In this document: piece after piece, positions 12,830 through 23,900 of the stretch | Numbering within the stretch: position 1 is the stretch's first letter | Layout: each line of letters starts with the position of its first letter | Source: a virus | IMG/VR virus record: IMGVR_UViG_3300028394_000057 | Span: 1-64,000 of that record | Length of the DNA stretch: 64,000 bases | Direction: 5' to 3' (one strand) | Program-made: the position numbers and the translations under genes | Notes under the pieces: model-generated | Database searches by the model: none | What the model was told of the DNA's origin: nothing | Seen by the model: the letters and a program-made list of their open reading frames with translations, nothing else

Positions 12830-13135
12830 ATGACCGAAAATAATGAAACAACCTCAAAACAAAGTATTGTTCAAACATTGGGATATAACAGTGATGGAGT
12901 TATGGGTTCAACAACAACCGATGCTGACTCGCCAACTCCACCATTAAGCAATGAAAAAATAGAAGTACCACTAAACAAGGTAGCAGTTTTTTCAAATAGA
13001 AATCTTTATGCAGATAGTTATGGAAACATTAAAATTGGTTATAATATTGTTGGAAATAAACATGCAGAATTTTGGTTACAGCAAAGCGGCATTCGTTTGG
13101 CAACTCCAGAAGAATTAATGGAGGCGTTTGGCTAA
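12830..13135 (+). CDS. Hypothetical protein (head region)
   Basis: 101-aa ORF with SD AAGGAGG and upstream TGGTATAAT. Confidence 0.65.
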   Translation: MTENNETTSKQSIVQTLGYNSDGVMGSTTTDADSPTPPLSNEKIEVPLNKVAVFSNRNLYADSYGNIKIGYNIVGNKHAEFWLQQSGIRLATPEELMEAFG

Positions 13136-14302
13136 ATGGAAGTATTGAGAGTCCCACCTTATCCTATTTCAACATCTTGGGATGTGCCTACTGCAAATGC
13201 AACATACATTTTTGAGGTAGAGGATTTGGTAGACCACTCCATTGAAAGAACAACTCTAACATCAAGTGCAAGTAAAGTACTCACATATGTAATTCCTAAG
13301 TCAAAAGCACAGTTTGACCGTGAGTTTGCTGTAAAAATTTATGAAACAGACCTTTATGGAGAAATTGTTTTAGAAGACAATTTAACTATTTATAGACCTT
13401 ATGTAGACCCAAATACTTTGGCTACAACAACTGAAGATATTCTTGCATATAAAGAATATGAAATTATTGCTCGTTCTATTATTGATACTTATTTAATGGA
13501 AGGTTCTGGAAATGGAGGAGCATTCTATAATCATAAACTTGTTATTCAACGTACAGGAGAAGGTAATGATTATTTTTCTATTTGGCATCCAGTAAATCGT
13601 GTATTAAAAGTATATGAAAATAATCTTCTTGTATATAATGCAGAAAATAACCCTATTGGTATTGCTGTTCAAAACGTTAATGTAACTAGCGGTGTTTTAA
13701 AACTTACAACTACAATTACACACGGATTTCAAACTGGTCAAAGTGTTACAATTTCTGGAGTTACCCCAACCAAATTTAACGGAACATTTACAATAACCAC
13801 AACTCCAACAGCAACAACATTTACTTTAGACAATTCATATGTTTCTGCTACAAATGGTGAGGCAATTACTACTCGTGGTGGGGTAGAGTCAGTATGGCAA
13901 TATCAATATGCCCCATCTTTAGATAACTCAGCAATTCTGCGTATGGAATATGAAGAGTATAATCGACAAGAAAACACATTACCTCGTTTACCAACTGGTA
14001 TTGGAGATATTGGATTTTATGGATATTATTCAGTTGCATTTCCAAGAGGATATGACTATATGTTTATTGTAGATGCTGGTTTTAAAACTGTTCCACCAGA
14101 TATAGAAATTGCAATTAAAATGCTTATTGAAGATATTAAATGTGGTAAAAATGATTATTATAATAGATTTGTTACTGAATATAGCACTGACTCATTTGAT
14201 GTCAAGTTTGCACCACAATTTTTGGAAGGCACTGGAAATATGATTGTTGATAAAATTCTTGGCAACTATAAGGGAACACTCATTAAACCAGGATTACTAT
14301 GA
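13136..14302 (+). CDS. Head-to-tail adaptor with inserted beta domain
   Basis: Position; C-terminal AGFKTVPPDIEIAIKMLIED...VDKILGNY pattern of gp6/gp15-like adaptors. Confidence 0.7.
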   Translation: MEVLRVPPYPISTSWDVPTANATYIFEVEDLVDHSIERTTLTSSASKVLTYVIPKSKAQFDREFAVKIYETDLYGEIVLEDNLTIYRPYVDPNTLATTTEDILAYKEYEIIARSIIDTYLMEGSGNGGAFYNHKLVIQRTGEGNDYFSIWHPVNRVLKVYENNLLVYNAENNPIGIAVQNVNVTSGVLKLTTTITHGFQTGQSVTISGVTPTKFNGTFTITTTPTATTFTLDNSYVSATNGEAITTRGGVESVWQYQYAPSLDNSAILRMEYEEYNRQENTLPRLPTGIGDIGFYGYYSVAFPRGYDYMFIVDAGFKTVPPDIEIAIKMLIEDIKCGKNDYYNRFVTEYSTDSFDVKFAPQFLEGTGNMIVDKILGNYKGTLIKPGLL

Positions 14303-14745
14303 TATGCGAAACTACAGACTTTACTTACCCACTACTTGCTGATGTTTATTATCCAATTATTGAAACTGGAGCATATGGAAATCTTAAAAAACAATGGGTT
14401 TTAGATAGAACAATTGCTTGTTATTTTTCTTCTGGTGGATTAAAAAATAAAAAAGATGTTAACTCAGAAGCAAATTTAAATATAGATAATTTAATTTCTG
14501 GAAGAATTAGAAATGATTTAACACAATCACAAACAAATTCTTTATACTCAATTACAAACATTATAGTTACAAACATTCGTGATATTGATGCAACATCTAT
14601 TTATAATGAATCTGCTGGACCTCGTTCTGGAATGTCAACATTATTTGAAATAGCAACACTTAATCCAATTCAAGGTGCTTTTGGAAAAACTGACCACTAC
14701 AAACTTTTGCTAAGACGTTCTGAAAATCAGGCGGCAGATTTGTGA
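14299..14745 (+). CDS. Head closure/stopper protein (putative)
   Basis: Synteny and size. Confidence 0.55.
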   Translation: MICETTDFTYPLLADVYYPIIETGAYGNLKKQWVLDRTIACYFSSGGLKNKKDVNSEANLNIDNLISGRIRNDLTQSQTNSLYSITNIIVTNIRDIDATSIYNESAGPRSGMSTLFEIATLNPIQGAFGKTDHYKLLLRRSENQAADL

Positions 14746-15416
14746 AAGTAACATTTAATTCTAAAAATTTATTTAGTGATTTAAACAATTTAACAGAATA
14801 TTCTGTTGGATTTTTAGATGGTATAAAATTAGGAGAAAATAATTTTTTAGATAATCTTGGTCAATCTACAATAGATTTAATGAAAAGTTTTATAGATTCA
14901 AATGCTAGAACACAACCACAAACCTTACATCACGTTTACGAATGGTATCAAACTGGTTCTCCAGAAGCAAGATTATTTGATTTAGAATATTTTGTTAAAA
15001 GTTCTGGTTTATCTTTTAATTATACTTTTAGTCAATCAAATTCTTTTGCAAACGGTTCAAAAGAACCATTTTATAATAAAGCACAAATAATGGAAAATGG
15101 AACCCCTGTTACAATTAGACCTAAAAATGCAAAAGTATTATCATTTGATGATAATGGAACTCAAATATTTACTAAAAATCCAATAATTATTGCTAACCCT
15201 GGTGGAAATAATGTATCTGGAAGTTTTGAAAGAATATTAGATGAATTTTTTAACACTTATTTTCAACAGTCATACTTGTATGTTTCTGGGGTACTGGAGT
15301 ATTTACAAAATCCAATTACATATAAACAAAACTTACCTGCTGGAGTTAAGCAAGGAAAAAGTGTTGGAGTTAAAGTTGGCTATGAATGGATATCGAAAGG
15401 TGGTAAAATAGAATAA
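14742..15416 (+). CDS. Neck/tail-completion protein (putative)
   Basis: Synteny; MENGTPVTIRPKNAKVLSF motif seen in neck proteins. Confidence 0.55.
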   Translation: MKVTFNSKNLFSDLNNLTEYSVGFLDGIKLGENNFLDNLGQSTIDLMKSFIDSNARTQPQTLHHVYEWYQTGSPEARLFDLEYFVKSSGLSFNYTFSQSNSFANGSKEPFYNKAQIMENGTPVTIRPKNAKVLSFDDNGTQIFTKNPIIIANPGGNNVSGSFERILDEFFNTYFQQSYLYVSGVLEYLQNPITYKQNLPAGVKQGKSVGVKVGYEWISKGGKIE

Positions 15417-15937
15417 TGACTACTACATCTATTTTAAATACACCTGTGCTATGGGTTAATGCTTACTTACAAGAAAAATTACAAGATTTAGGTTTTGCTT
15501 CAATTCCATTTTTTCCAACAACTCCATCAACCATAAATGACCTTACAGAATATTTTCCTGCTGGTGGCGTAATGTGTACATATGACCGTATGCTTCGTAT
15601 GCGTAAAAGTCCATTTCCACATATTAAATGTGAAGAATTATTATATTATTTTTATGCTACAGCAGAAAATTCAATTATTAACATGATTAAAATAACTGAA
15701 AAGATTAATAGACTTATGGATAATGAAGATGAGACTGCAGAAGACATTAATCAATGGTGTATTGCTAAAGGCTCAATTACTGTAGAAGGTGAATCCCTTC
15801 AACCAAATTTTAGATTTCATAATTTCAAGGTATTTCAATTGCAGGAAACTCGTGACATTATTAACTTTGGTACAGCCAGGACTTATGCTGGTAACAAGAT
15901 AATCCTATACTATGACTACACAATGGTAAGTAAATAG
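15416..15937 (+). CDS. Tail terminator protein (putative)
   Basis: Immediately precedes the major tail gene; size. Confidence 0.5.
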   Translation: MTTTSILNTPVLWVNAYLQEKLQDLGFASIPFFPTTPSTINDLTEYFPAGGVMCTYDRMLRMRKSPFPHIKCEELLYYFYATAENSIINMIKITEKINRLMDNEDETAEDINQWCIAKGSITVEGESLQPNFRFHNFKVFQLQETRDIINFGTARTYAGNKIILYYDYTMVSK

Positions 15938-16012
15938 TTAAAAGGCTGTTATACTTATATAGAGGAAACACACGCTCATATATTTCATTAAAGAAAAAGA
16001 GGTGAAAAAAAT

Positions 16013-16747
16013 ATGGCAACTTATACAAGAGGAAATGCTGCTAACATCGTAGTCGGTGCTGCAGCAGTTTTTTTAGGAAATTACGGTGTAAACGTAAACA
16101 GCACAATTGCATCTGGAACTAACCCAGGTGCTGGTGCTCCAGATTTCGTAGAAGCAACGTCTTACAAGGATACCCTTGCAAACAACGTTAACTACACATC
16201 TGTAGGTTTTACTAACAACGGTCTAGAACTATCATTCGACCCATCATTCGGTGAGGTAATGGTAGACCAAATTCTAGACGTAGCAAAGTTGTACAAGTCA
16301 GGTATGAAGGTAACTCTAAAGACTTCTCTAGCAGAAGCAACTTTGGAAAACTTGCTACTAGCACTTGCACAGCGTGGTTCTGTAAACCGTTACACTAACA
16401 CTGCAACAACAGCCGCAGCAACAATTACATATACTCCAGGTACAAGCACTGAAAACAGTACTGCACATGGTAAGTATATTGACTTGTTCTCAGGTGACCT
16501 AGGTGACTACCCAGTTGAGCGTTCGCTCATTGCAATTGGTGCTGGTCTGTCTACCATTGGAAACAATGCAACAGGTGTAGCAACAACTGACCAGTCAGAA
16601 CGTGTCTATGTCGCATATCGTGTTGTAAACATCAGTAACGTAACTGTCGCTGCAAAGCGTGATGCTGCAACTACATTCGATGTAGAGTTCCGTCTGCTCC
16701 CAGATGCAAACGGTGCTTACGGTAAAATCGTAGACCGCACATACTAA
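16013..16747 (+). CDS. Major tail (tube) protein
   Basis: NIVVGAA, VGFTNNGLELSF, VDQ, LAEATLENL and FDVEFRLLPD motifs; strong SD; followed by terminator. Confidence 0.85.
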   Translation: MATYTRGNAANIVVGAAAVFLGNYGVNVNSTIASGTNPGAGAPDFVEATSYKDTLANNVNYTSVGFTNNGLELSFDPSFGEVMVDQILDVAKLYKSGMKVTLKTSLAEATLENLLLALAQRGSVNRYTNTATTAAATITYTPGTSTENSTAHGKYIDLFSGDLGDYPVERSLIAIGAGLSTIGNNATGVATTDQSERVYVAYRVVNISNVTVAAKRDAATTFDVEFRLLPDANGAYGKIVDRTY

Positions 16748-16774
16748 AAATTAAATAATAACTGAATACTGATG

Positions 16775-16809
16775 AGGCTGCCCTGGGGATACCTGGGGCA
16801 GTTTCTTTT
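16775..16809 (+). terminator. Intrinsic terminator after major tail gene
   Basis: ggctgccc...gggcagtt hairpin followed by tctttt. Confidence 0.75.
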
Positions 16810-16822
16810 GGTATAATAGACT

Positions 16823-17539
16823 ATGCCTACTAATATATATGATACAAAATACATTTACCTTATTGATGGAACAGAGTTAGAGGTTAGTCCATTAAAGATT
16901 AAATATTTAAAAGAATTTATGGAAGTATTTGAACCAATAAAAAATACTAAAAATGATGATGAGTCTATTAAAATACTTATTCATTGTATGAAAATAGCGA
17001 TGAAACAATATTATCCTAAAATTAAAACAATTGAAGATGTTGAAGATAGTATGGATTTGCCAACAATTTATAAAGTTTTAGAAATTTCTGCTGGAATTAA
17101 AATGGGTCAGCCTACAGATAGTAGTATAGACAATAGTGTACAACAAATACCAGTAGCACCAACAGATAATGGTTCTTGGAAAACACTAGATTTGGCTAAA
17201 CTAGAAGCAGAAATTTTTGTTCTTGGAATATGGAAAAACTTTGATGAACTAGAATCAAACATATGTATGCCAGAATTAATGGCTATTCTTGAATCAAAAA
17301 GAGAATTGGATTATAATGAAAAGAAATTTCTTGCCGCTATGCAAGGTGTAGACCTTGATGAAGCCAGCGGTAAAAAAGAAGAAGACCCTTGGGAAGCAAT
17401 GAAAGCCAGGGTCGCAGCAAAAACTAGCGGTGTTGGTAATGGAGACCCTAATGATATAACAGCATTACAAGGAATAAAAGCACAGCAAACAGGATTTGGT
17501 ATAGGTATGGGTCTTGATTATGAAGTTGTTTCAAAATAG
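16823..17539 (+). CDS. Tail assembly chaperone, long (GT-like) form
   Basis: Between major tail and TMP genes; N-terminal ~95 aa homologous to the next ORF. Confidence 0.7.
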   Translation: MPTNIYDTKYIYLIDGTELEVSPLKIKYLKEFMEVFEPIKNTKNDDESIKILIHCMKIAMKQYYPKIKTIEDVEDSMDLPTIYKVLEISAGIKMGQPTDSSIDNSVQQIPVAPTDNGSWKTLDLAKLEAEIFVLGIWKNFDELESNICMPELMAILESKRELDYNEKKFLAAMQGVDLDEASGKKEEDPWEAMKARVAAKTSGVGNGDPNDITALQGIKAQQTGFGIGMGLDYEVVSK

Positions 17540-17581
17540 ATTGTGTTATGCTATAATTAATAAGAGCCTTAAGGAGGATTC

Positions 17582-17905
17582 ATGTCTACAACAATTAACG
17601 AAGCAAGAACTGTAGAACTACTGGACGGAACAAGTATTACTGTTCGTCCACTTAAAATCTCTCTTCTACGCCCTTTTATGACAAAGTTTGAGGGTATTGC
17701 AGAAGTAGCAGATAGCAATGATAAATCAATGAGTTTGCTCATTGAATGTGTGCAGATTGCTTTTCAGCAATTTGCTCCAGAACTAGCCAAGGATGCAAAG
17801 GCTCTAGAAGAACTTTTGGACCTACCAACCGTATACAAGATTGTTGAAGAAGCATCTGGTATTAAACTTAGTGAAGCCTCACTAATGGGTGGTTTAATCG
17901 GCTAA
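17582..17905 (+). CDS. Tail assembly chaperone, short (G-like) form
   Basis: Directly upstream of TMP; strong SD AAGGAGG; paralog of the previous gene's N-terminus. Confidence 0.75.
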   Translation: MSTTINEARTVELLDGTSITVRPLKISLLRPFMTKFEGIAEVADSNDKSMSLLIECVQIAFQQFAPELAKDAKALEELLDLPTVYKIVEEASGIKLSEASLMGGLIG

Positions 17906-17923
17906 CAAAGCGGTGTAAGTTGA

Positions 17924-20900
17924 ATGGCTGATATCAATTCCAATATAAAAGTTAATATAGATACGTCAGACGCTCTGGCACAACTAAAACTTTTACAGCA
18001 ACAGATATCAGCCTTTCAGCAAGCAATGCGAAATGCAGGAGCACAAAATGCTGCCGCTGCTGCTGCAATGCAGCAAAATCTTATAACCTCAATTAATGCT
18101 ACTGGAAAATTCAGAGCAAACGTTCAAACAATAAAAACAAGTGCAGAATCATTTACAGAATCTTTAGAAAAGAATAAATTTTCTATTGGAGAATACTTTA
18201 GATATGCTGGCGGTGCTTCAAAAACTTTCGGTAAATTGTTTAAATCAGAGTATGCAACTATAACTCAGGTAGCAAAAGAACGAGTAAAAGAACTACAAAC
18301 TCAATATATCAAACTTGGTCGTGATGCCACTGGCGCTATGAAGGCTATTGCTGTTAAGCCGCTATCACTTGACATGAATAATCTTGCAACTAAAACACAG
18401 TTAGCAGCACAAAAACAACAATTGTTTAATCAGTTAATGAAACAAGGTTCTACAAGTCTTCTAAATTTTGGTAAAAATACTCAATGGGCTGGTCGCCAAC
18501 TTATGGTTGGTTTTACAATTCCATTAACTATGTTAGGTTCTGCCGCTGCTAAAGCATACATGCAAATTGAAGCAGCATCTGTAAAATTTAGACGTGTTTA
18601 TGGTGACATGAATACAACTACAGAAGAAGCCAATAAGATGGTTAGGTCTGTACAAGGTCTTGCAAATGAATTTACAAAGTATGGTGTTGCAGTTGCAGAT
18701 ACTATGGATATGGCTGCCCAGGCAGCCGCTATGGGTAAAACTGGTGCAGACCTTATTGCACAAATAAATAATGCTGCAAAACTTTCTATCTTAGGTGGGG
18801 TAGACCAAACAAAGGCTTTAGAAACTACTATTAGTCTTACAAATGCTTTTGGAGTTGCAGCAGAAGATTTAGGTAAAAATATTGATTTCCTAAACGCAGT
18901 GGAAAACCAAACTACACTTAGTATCGATGATTTAACTACTGCTATTCCAAAGGCTGCCCCTGTTGTTAAACAACTTGGTGGAGATGTAAAAGATTTGGCA
19001 TTCTTTATGACAGCAATGAAAGAAGGTGGAATTAACGCATCTGAAGGTGCTAACGCAATTAAATCTGGTTTGGCATCATTAATTAATCCATCAGAAAAAG
19101 CATCAAAATTTCTTCAAGGATTTGGCATTAATGTTAAGGGTATTGTTGAAGCAGATAAAGGTAATCTAAAGAAAACAGTTGTTGATTTTGCTAAAGCACT
19201 AGACACTCTTGACCCACTAAACCGTGCTCGTGCTATTGAACAAATGTTTGGAAAGTTCCAATTTTCCAGACTTTCAACATTGTTCCAAAACGTAATTGCC
19301 GAAGGTAGCCAAGCATCTCAAGTAGCAGAATTATCTAAAAACTCAGCAGAAGAATTAGCAATCTTATCAGAACGAGAAATGAAAAAGATTTCAGATTCTC
19401 CAATGTTTAAGTTTCAAAAATCTATTCAAGACATGCAAGCCAAACTTGCACCTGTTGGCGAAGCATTCTTAAAGGCTGTCACACCAATCATTGAATTTGT
19501 TAGCAAAATACTAGATGGTTTTAATAGTATGGGCGAAGGTGCCAAAAACTTTGTTTCAATGCTAGTGTTGGCTGTTGCTGGTATCGGTCCTGTATTGCTT
19601 ATGACATTTGGTTTGATTGCAAACGGTGTAGCAAATATTATGAAACTATTTACAAATATGAAGGGTTTCATTAATAAGACAACAAAGCCATCAGATATTC
19701 TTGGTGAACAAACTAGTTATATGACTACAGAACAGTTGAAGGGTGCAACAGTTGCAGCATCTCTTGACCAAGCACATGCCAAACTTCGTCAAACATTTAC
19801 CTCTGAAAAAGCAGCATTAGATGAATTAACTAGGTCATATAGACAAGCAGTAGAAGCCCAACAGCAATATTCTGGTGTTCCAGGAATACCAACAGGAAAT
19901 CCAAATGCTGTTCCTAAAAGATATGCTAATGGTGTTTCTATGGTTCCTGGTCCAAGAGGTGCAGGAGATATTATTCCAGCCTTGCTGTCTCCAGGTGAAG
20001 CAGTTATACCAGCCAAACATGCACAAAAATATGCTCCAGTAATTGCTGGTATGGTTTCTGGTAATCTTCCAGGATTTGAAACTGGAACTACTGGTGTTGG
20101 TATTCGTCAAAGCACAATTGGACCACTTACTCAAAAACAAACCGAAGGAATTTTAAGAACTGGTAAAACACTTAAAGAAATTAGCGATGAAGTTTATGCT
20201 GGACCATATGGAGCAGTTCCTCCAGAACACTATGTAAGACAGGTTGAGCCAACTAGTGGGCACTCATTCCCTGCATTCCAAGTTGGTGGAATTTATGAAA
20301 AGGCTGATGGTAGTCAAGTATTTGTAAAACCACAAATGGATTTAACCTCAGCACTAGCAGAAGTTCGTGGTACTCAAATTGCAAGAGACGCACATCAATT
20401 AACAACACCTATGCAAAAAATTGTTACAATGATGGACCCAACAGACCCAGAAGGTATGCGTAAATTTATTGCTTTAGAATCACCACTAAATGAACAAATT
20501 GCTAAAATTTCTACATCATTTACAAAGGGACAATATTTTAAACAACTAGTTGCTTCTTTACTTCGTGGAGATAAAGACCTTGGTATTGGAAATCTTGGCG
20601 GAGATATCCTTGCTGATGTTGGTACTGCAGGTGTATTCCAAACAGCATCTGGTAAGCGTAAACTTGGCGGTAGCATTAATTCAATGGAAGAGCAAGCCAT
20701 CATTAATTTGCTTGGTGTAAAGGGCGGTGCTAAGAGATTCTTTGCTGAATCAACCTCAGATATTGCTAAGAACATGTCATCTGCTGAATATGATGCAACA
20801 ATGAAAGCAGAAATTCAAGCAGTAATGCCAAGGCTTCAAGCCACCATTGCTGGTTTTGGAAATCTTTCACCAGAAGAAAAAGCAGCATACGCAAATATGC

Positions 20901-23900
20901 AGCAAAGACTTCAAGCAGGTATGAGTGTTGATTGGGGTAAATATCAGGTTATGCATTCTGCTGTTCCTTCAAAAAAGTATGCTATGGGTGGTATGGTTCC
21001 AGGATATTTTGATGGAAAAGATAATGTTAAAAAAGAATCTGATTATACAACAGAAGAACTTTATAAACTATTAAACATTCAAGAAACACATGCTTTTGGT
21101 GAAATGAATATTAAAGACCCAAGAGTTCAAGCACAACTGCAAAAACAATTTAAAGAATCTACTCCAGAAGACTTTAATAAATTTAAAGTTCTTAGTAATC
21201 TTACTATTAGTTTGCCAGGTAAATTAAATCAATTAATTAAAGAAACTAGTAACGGTGTAAGCGGAACAATGTTTGGTCAAGCCTACAATGCTTTGCGTGG
21301 TAAATTAAGTAAAACTGCAAAAATGTCTGGTATTAAAAATCTATCAGATTCTCAATCTCTTGAAGATATTATTGGAACAAAATTTGCAGGAGAACCATTA
21401 ATTAAAGATTCAATATTTGCAAGAATAGTAGAGCAAAATATTAACGAACAAACTGCAAACACCTCTAGTATTGGTGCTGCAGCAAACTTAATTTGGGAAA
21501 GAACAAAACAAGTTGGTACAGTTAGACCTAAACGTGATGGTTTAGATGCACCTAGATGGAACGATTTGATTCGAACAATGTTGCAAAATGATGAACTTGT
21601 TTTGGTTCCAGGAAGTGAAAAAGGATTTCCAGTTGCAAATACTCCATTTGGTGGTCGTTTTGGAAGAATCAAAGCAGATGGTATTGGCTCAAGTAAGACT
21701 GCTGAAGGACGTGCTCTTCGTAAACTAGCACAAGATGCAGCAAATGCATGGGCTAGGTCAGGCAATAAAACAACACCTTTGCCTAGTGTACAAGATAATA
21801 ATGGAAATATAGTTCCATTAACTTGGAGAGATAATAGTGCAAAACCAGGAAGTTTTTCAACAGATGATTTTGCTGCCTATGACGATACAAGTAAAAAATA
21901 TGCATCAGACCTATCTTTTGCCCCTGGAGGATTTGATGTTCTTAAAAATCTTAAATTCTTTGCTGATGGTGGAATGGTTCCAGGTTATTCTGGAGGAACA
22001 GATAATATAGTTAAAAAACTATCTCTAAAAGATTTAGATTTTGCTGGAATGAAAAAGGATAAACTTGGTGCAGTGCCAGGTGGCTACAGAATAATTGATG
22101 GTAAAAAATATTATGTAAAAAATACTAAATCATCTACAGACGCATCAATAGAACTAATTATGTCTGAATTAAACCAGGCTATGCAAAATCCTGGTGCCCA
22201 TAAAATGAACATGTTTGGCGAAGGATTGGTTGGGAGTAAGTTTGTTCCAGGTTTAAAGAACACAATGGATTCCACTATGACTAATTGGTTGCAATCACAA
22301 CCAAACAAATTCTCAGCAGCAGAAACACTTATGGCGGCTGCTAAAGATTTCATTACAAAAGATGCTCCATTTAACGCAATGATTGGAAATGACGATGGTC
22401 ACACAAATAATATACTTTTTAATCCAAAAACTCGCAAATTTGTAAACCTTGACCTTGGGGTTAATTCAGCAAAAGATAAAGGTAAGTCAACAAAATTTAA
22501 TGAAATGGCACAAATTGGAATTCAAAACTTTAAATCTAGAATTATGATGGCTATTAGAACTGTTCTCTCTCCCAAAAAAGCCGATGTTCTTTCAAAAAAA
22601 TATGGAATTGATTTAAATGCATATTCTAAGGGGGATAAATTTTCAAATGAATATGACACATCTCCAGAAATTAGCAAAATGGCTAAACTGCTTGGTTTTG
22701 ATTTATCTAAACCAATATCCGAAAACCCAATTGATTTAAGAACCAACCCTTTTGTTTTGTCACTACTTGCTAAAAATCCAGAACTTGCAGAAATTTTAAA
22801 ACTACAAGTAACAAGTGGTGGAGTAAACCCACAAAGTGCTCTTTCACAAATCTTTAAAACTTTACAAAGTGCAAGCAAAAAACCAATTCTGAAATTTGCT
22901 GATGGTGTATTTTCAGTTCCAGGACCAAAGGGTGCTGGCGATGTAGTTCCTGCTATGCTATCTCCTGGTGAGGCTGTTATTCCTGCTGACCGTGCTGCTC
23001 AACACCGTGGACTAATTAAGGGAATGATTGCTGGTAATTTGCCAGGGTATGCAAAGGGAACTATAATTCCAGGATACGTTCATGGCAAAGATGAAGTTAA
23101 AAGAATACCAGGAATGCCAGCATCCGCAGTTACCGTTACTTCTTTTGATGCTGATAATCAGGCTATGCTTGCAGAACAATCAAAAGTTGTTGCTTTAGAA
23201 GAAGCCTTAGTTGCAAAAAAGACAGATTTAACTCGTTTAACTCGTGAACAAATTGAAGAGCAGATGGCAGTAGAGGATGACATCTACAGACAACTATTAG
23301 AAAAACAAGAAGAACTAAAGATGAAACATGTTCTTACTGAAGATGAAAGAAAGTTGCTAGAGTCAAACAAGCAAATTATGCTTAGAAAAGAAGAAGCCTT
23401 TAAACTTGAAAAGAATGTAATAGAAAAAGAAAAAAGAGGACTGTTTACAAGAAATGCTACGACTGGAAAAGTTCAAGGTCTGATGTATGGTCTTTCTGGA
23501 GCAGCAGGTCTTGCATCAACTGTGCCAGGTGCTGTAGGAGAAAGTGCACAGCAAATGCTTCCAGTTATTGGTGCTGCCACTGCCGCTATGTCTGTTATTC
23601 CTGGCTACGCTGGCATGATTGTTGGAGCAGGTGCAGCATTAGTTACAGCCTACATGCAAGTACAAGAGAGGTTAAACAAGATTAGAGATGAGGCATTGGC
23701 TCTGGGAACTGCTATGGGTTCATCTACAAAGTCTATTGATAAATTTGCGGAATTTGCCAAAACTGTTACTGGTAGTCAGACAATGGATAAACGTAGAGAA
23801 ACTAGTGCTGGCACTTTCTTTAATGTTGTTCAGGGTAAAACAACTTTTGGCGAAGCATATATGCAAGGAGATGCTGGAAAAGCCTTAGTAAAATCAGTTG

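Noticed and set aside
16769-16806. CTGATGA followed by a stem, resembling a hammerhead ribozyme core
   Set aside because: The stem is followed by a T-rich tract, not GAAA, so it fits an intrinsic terminator better
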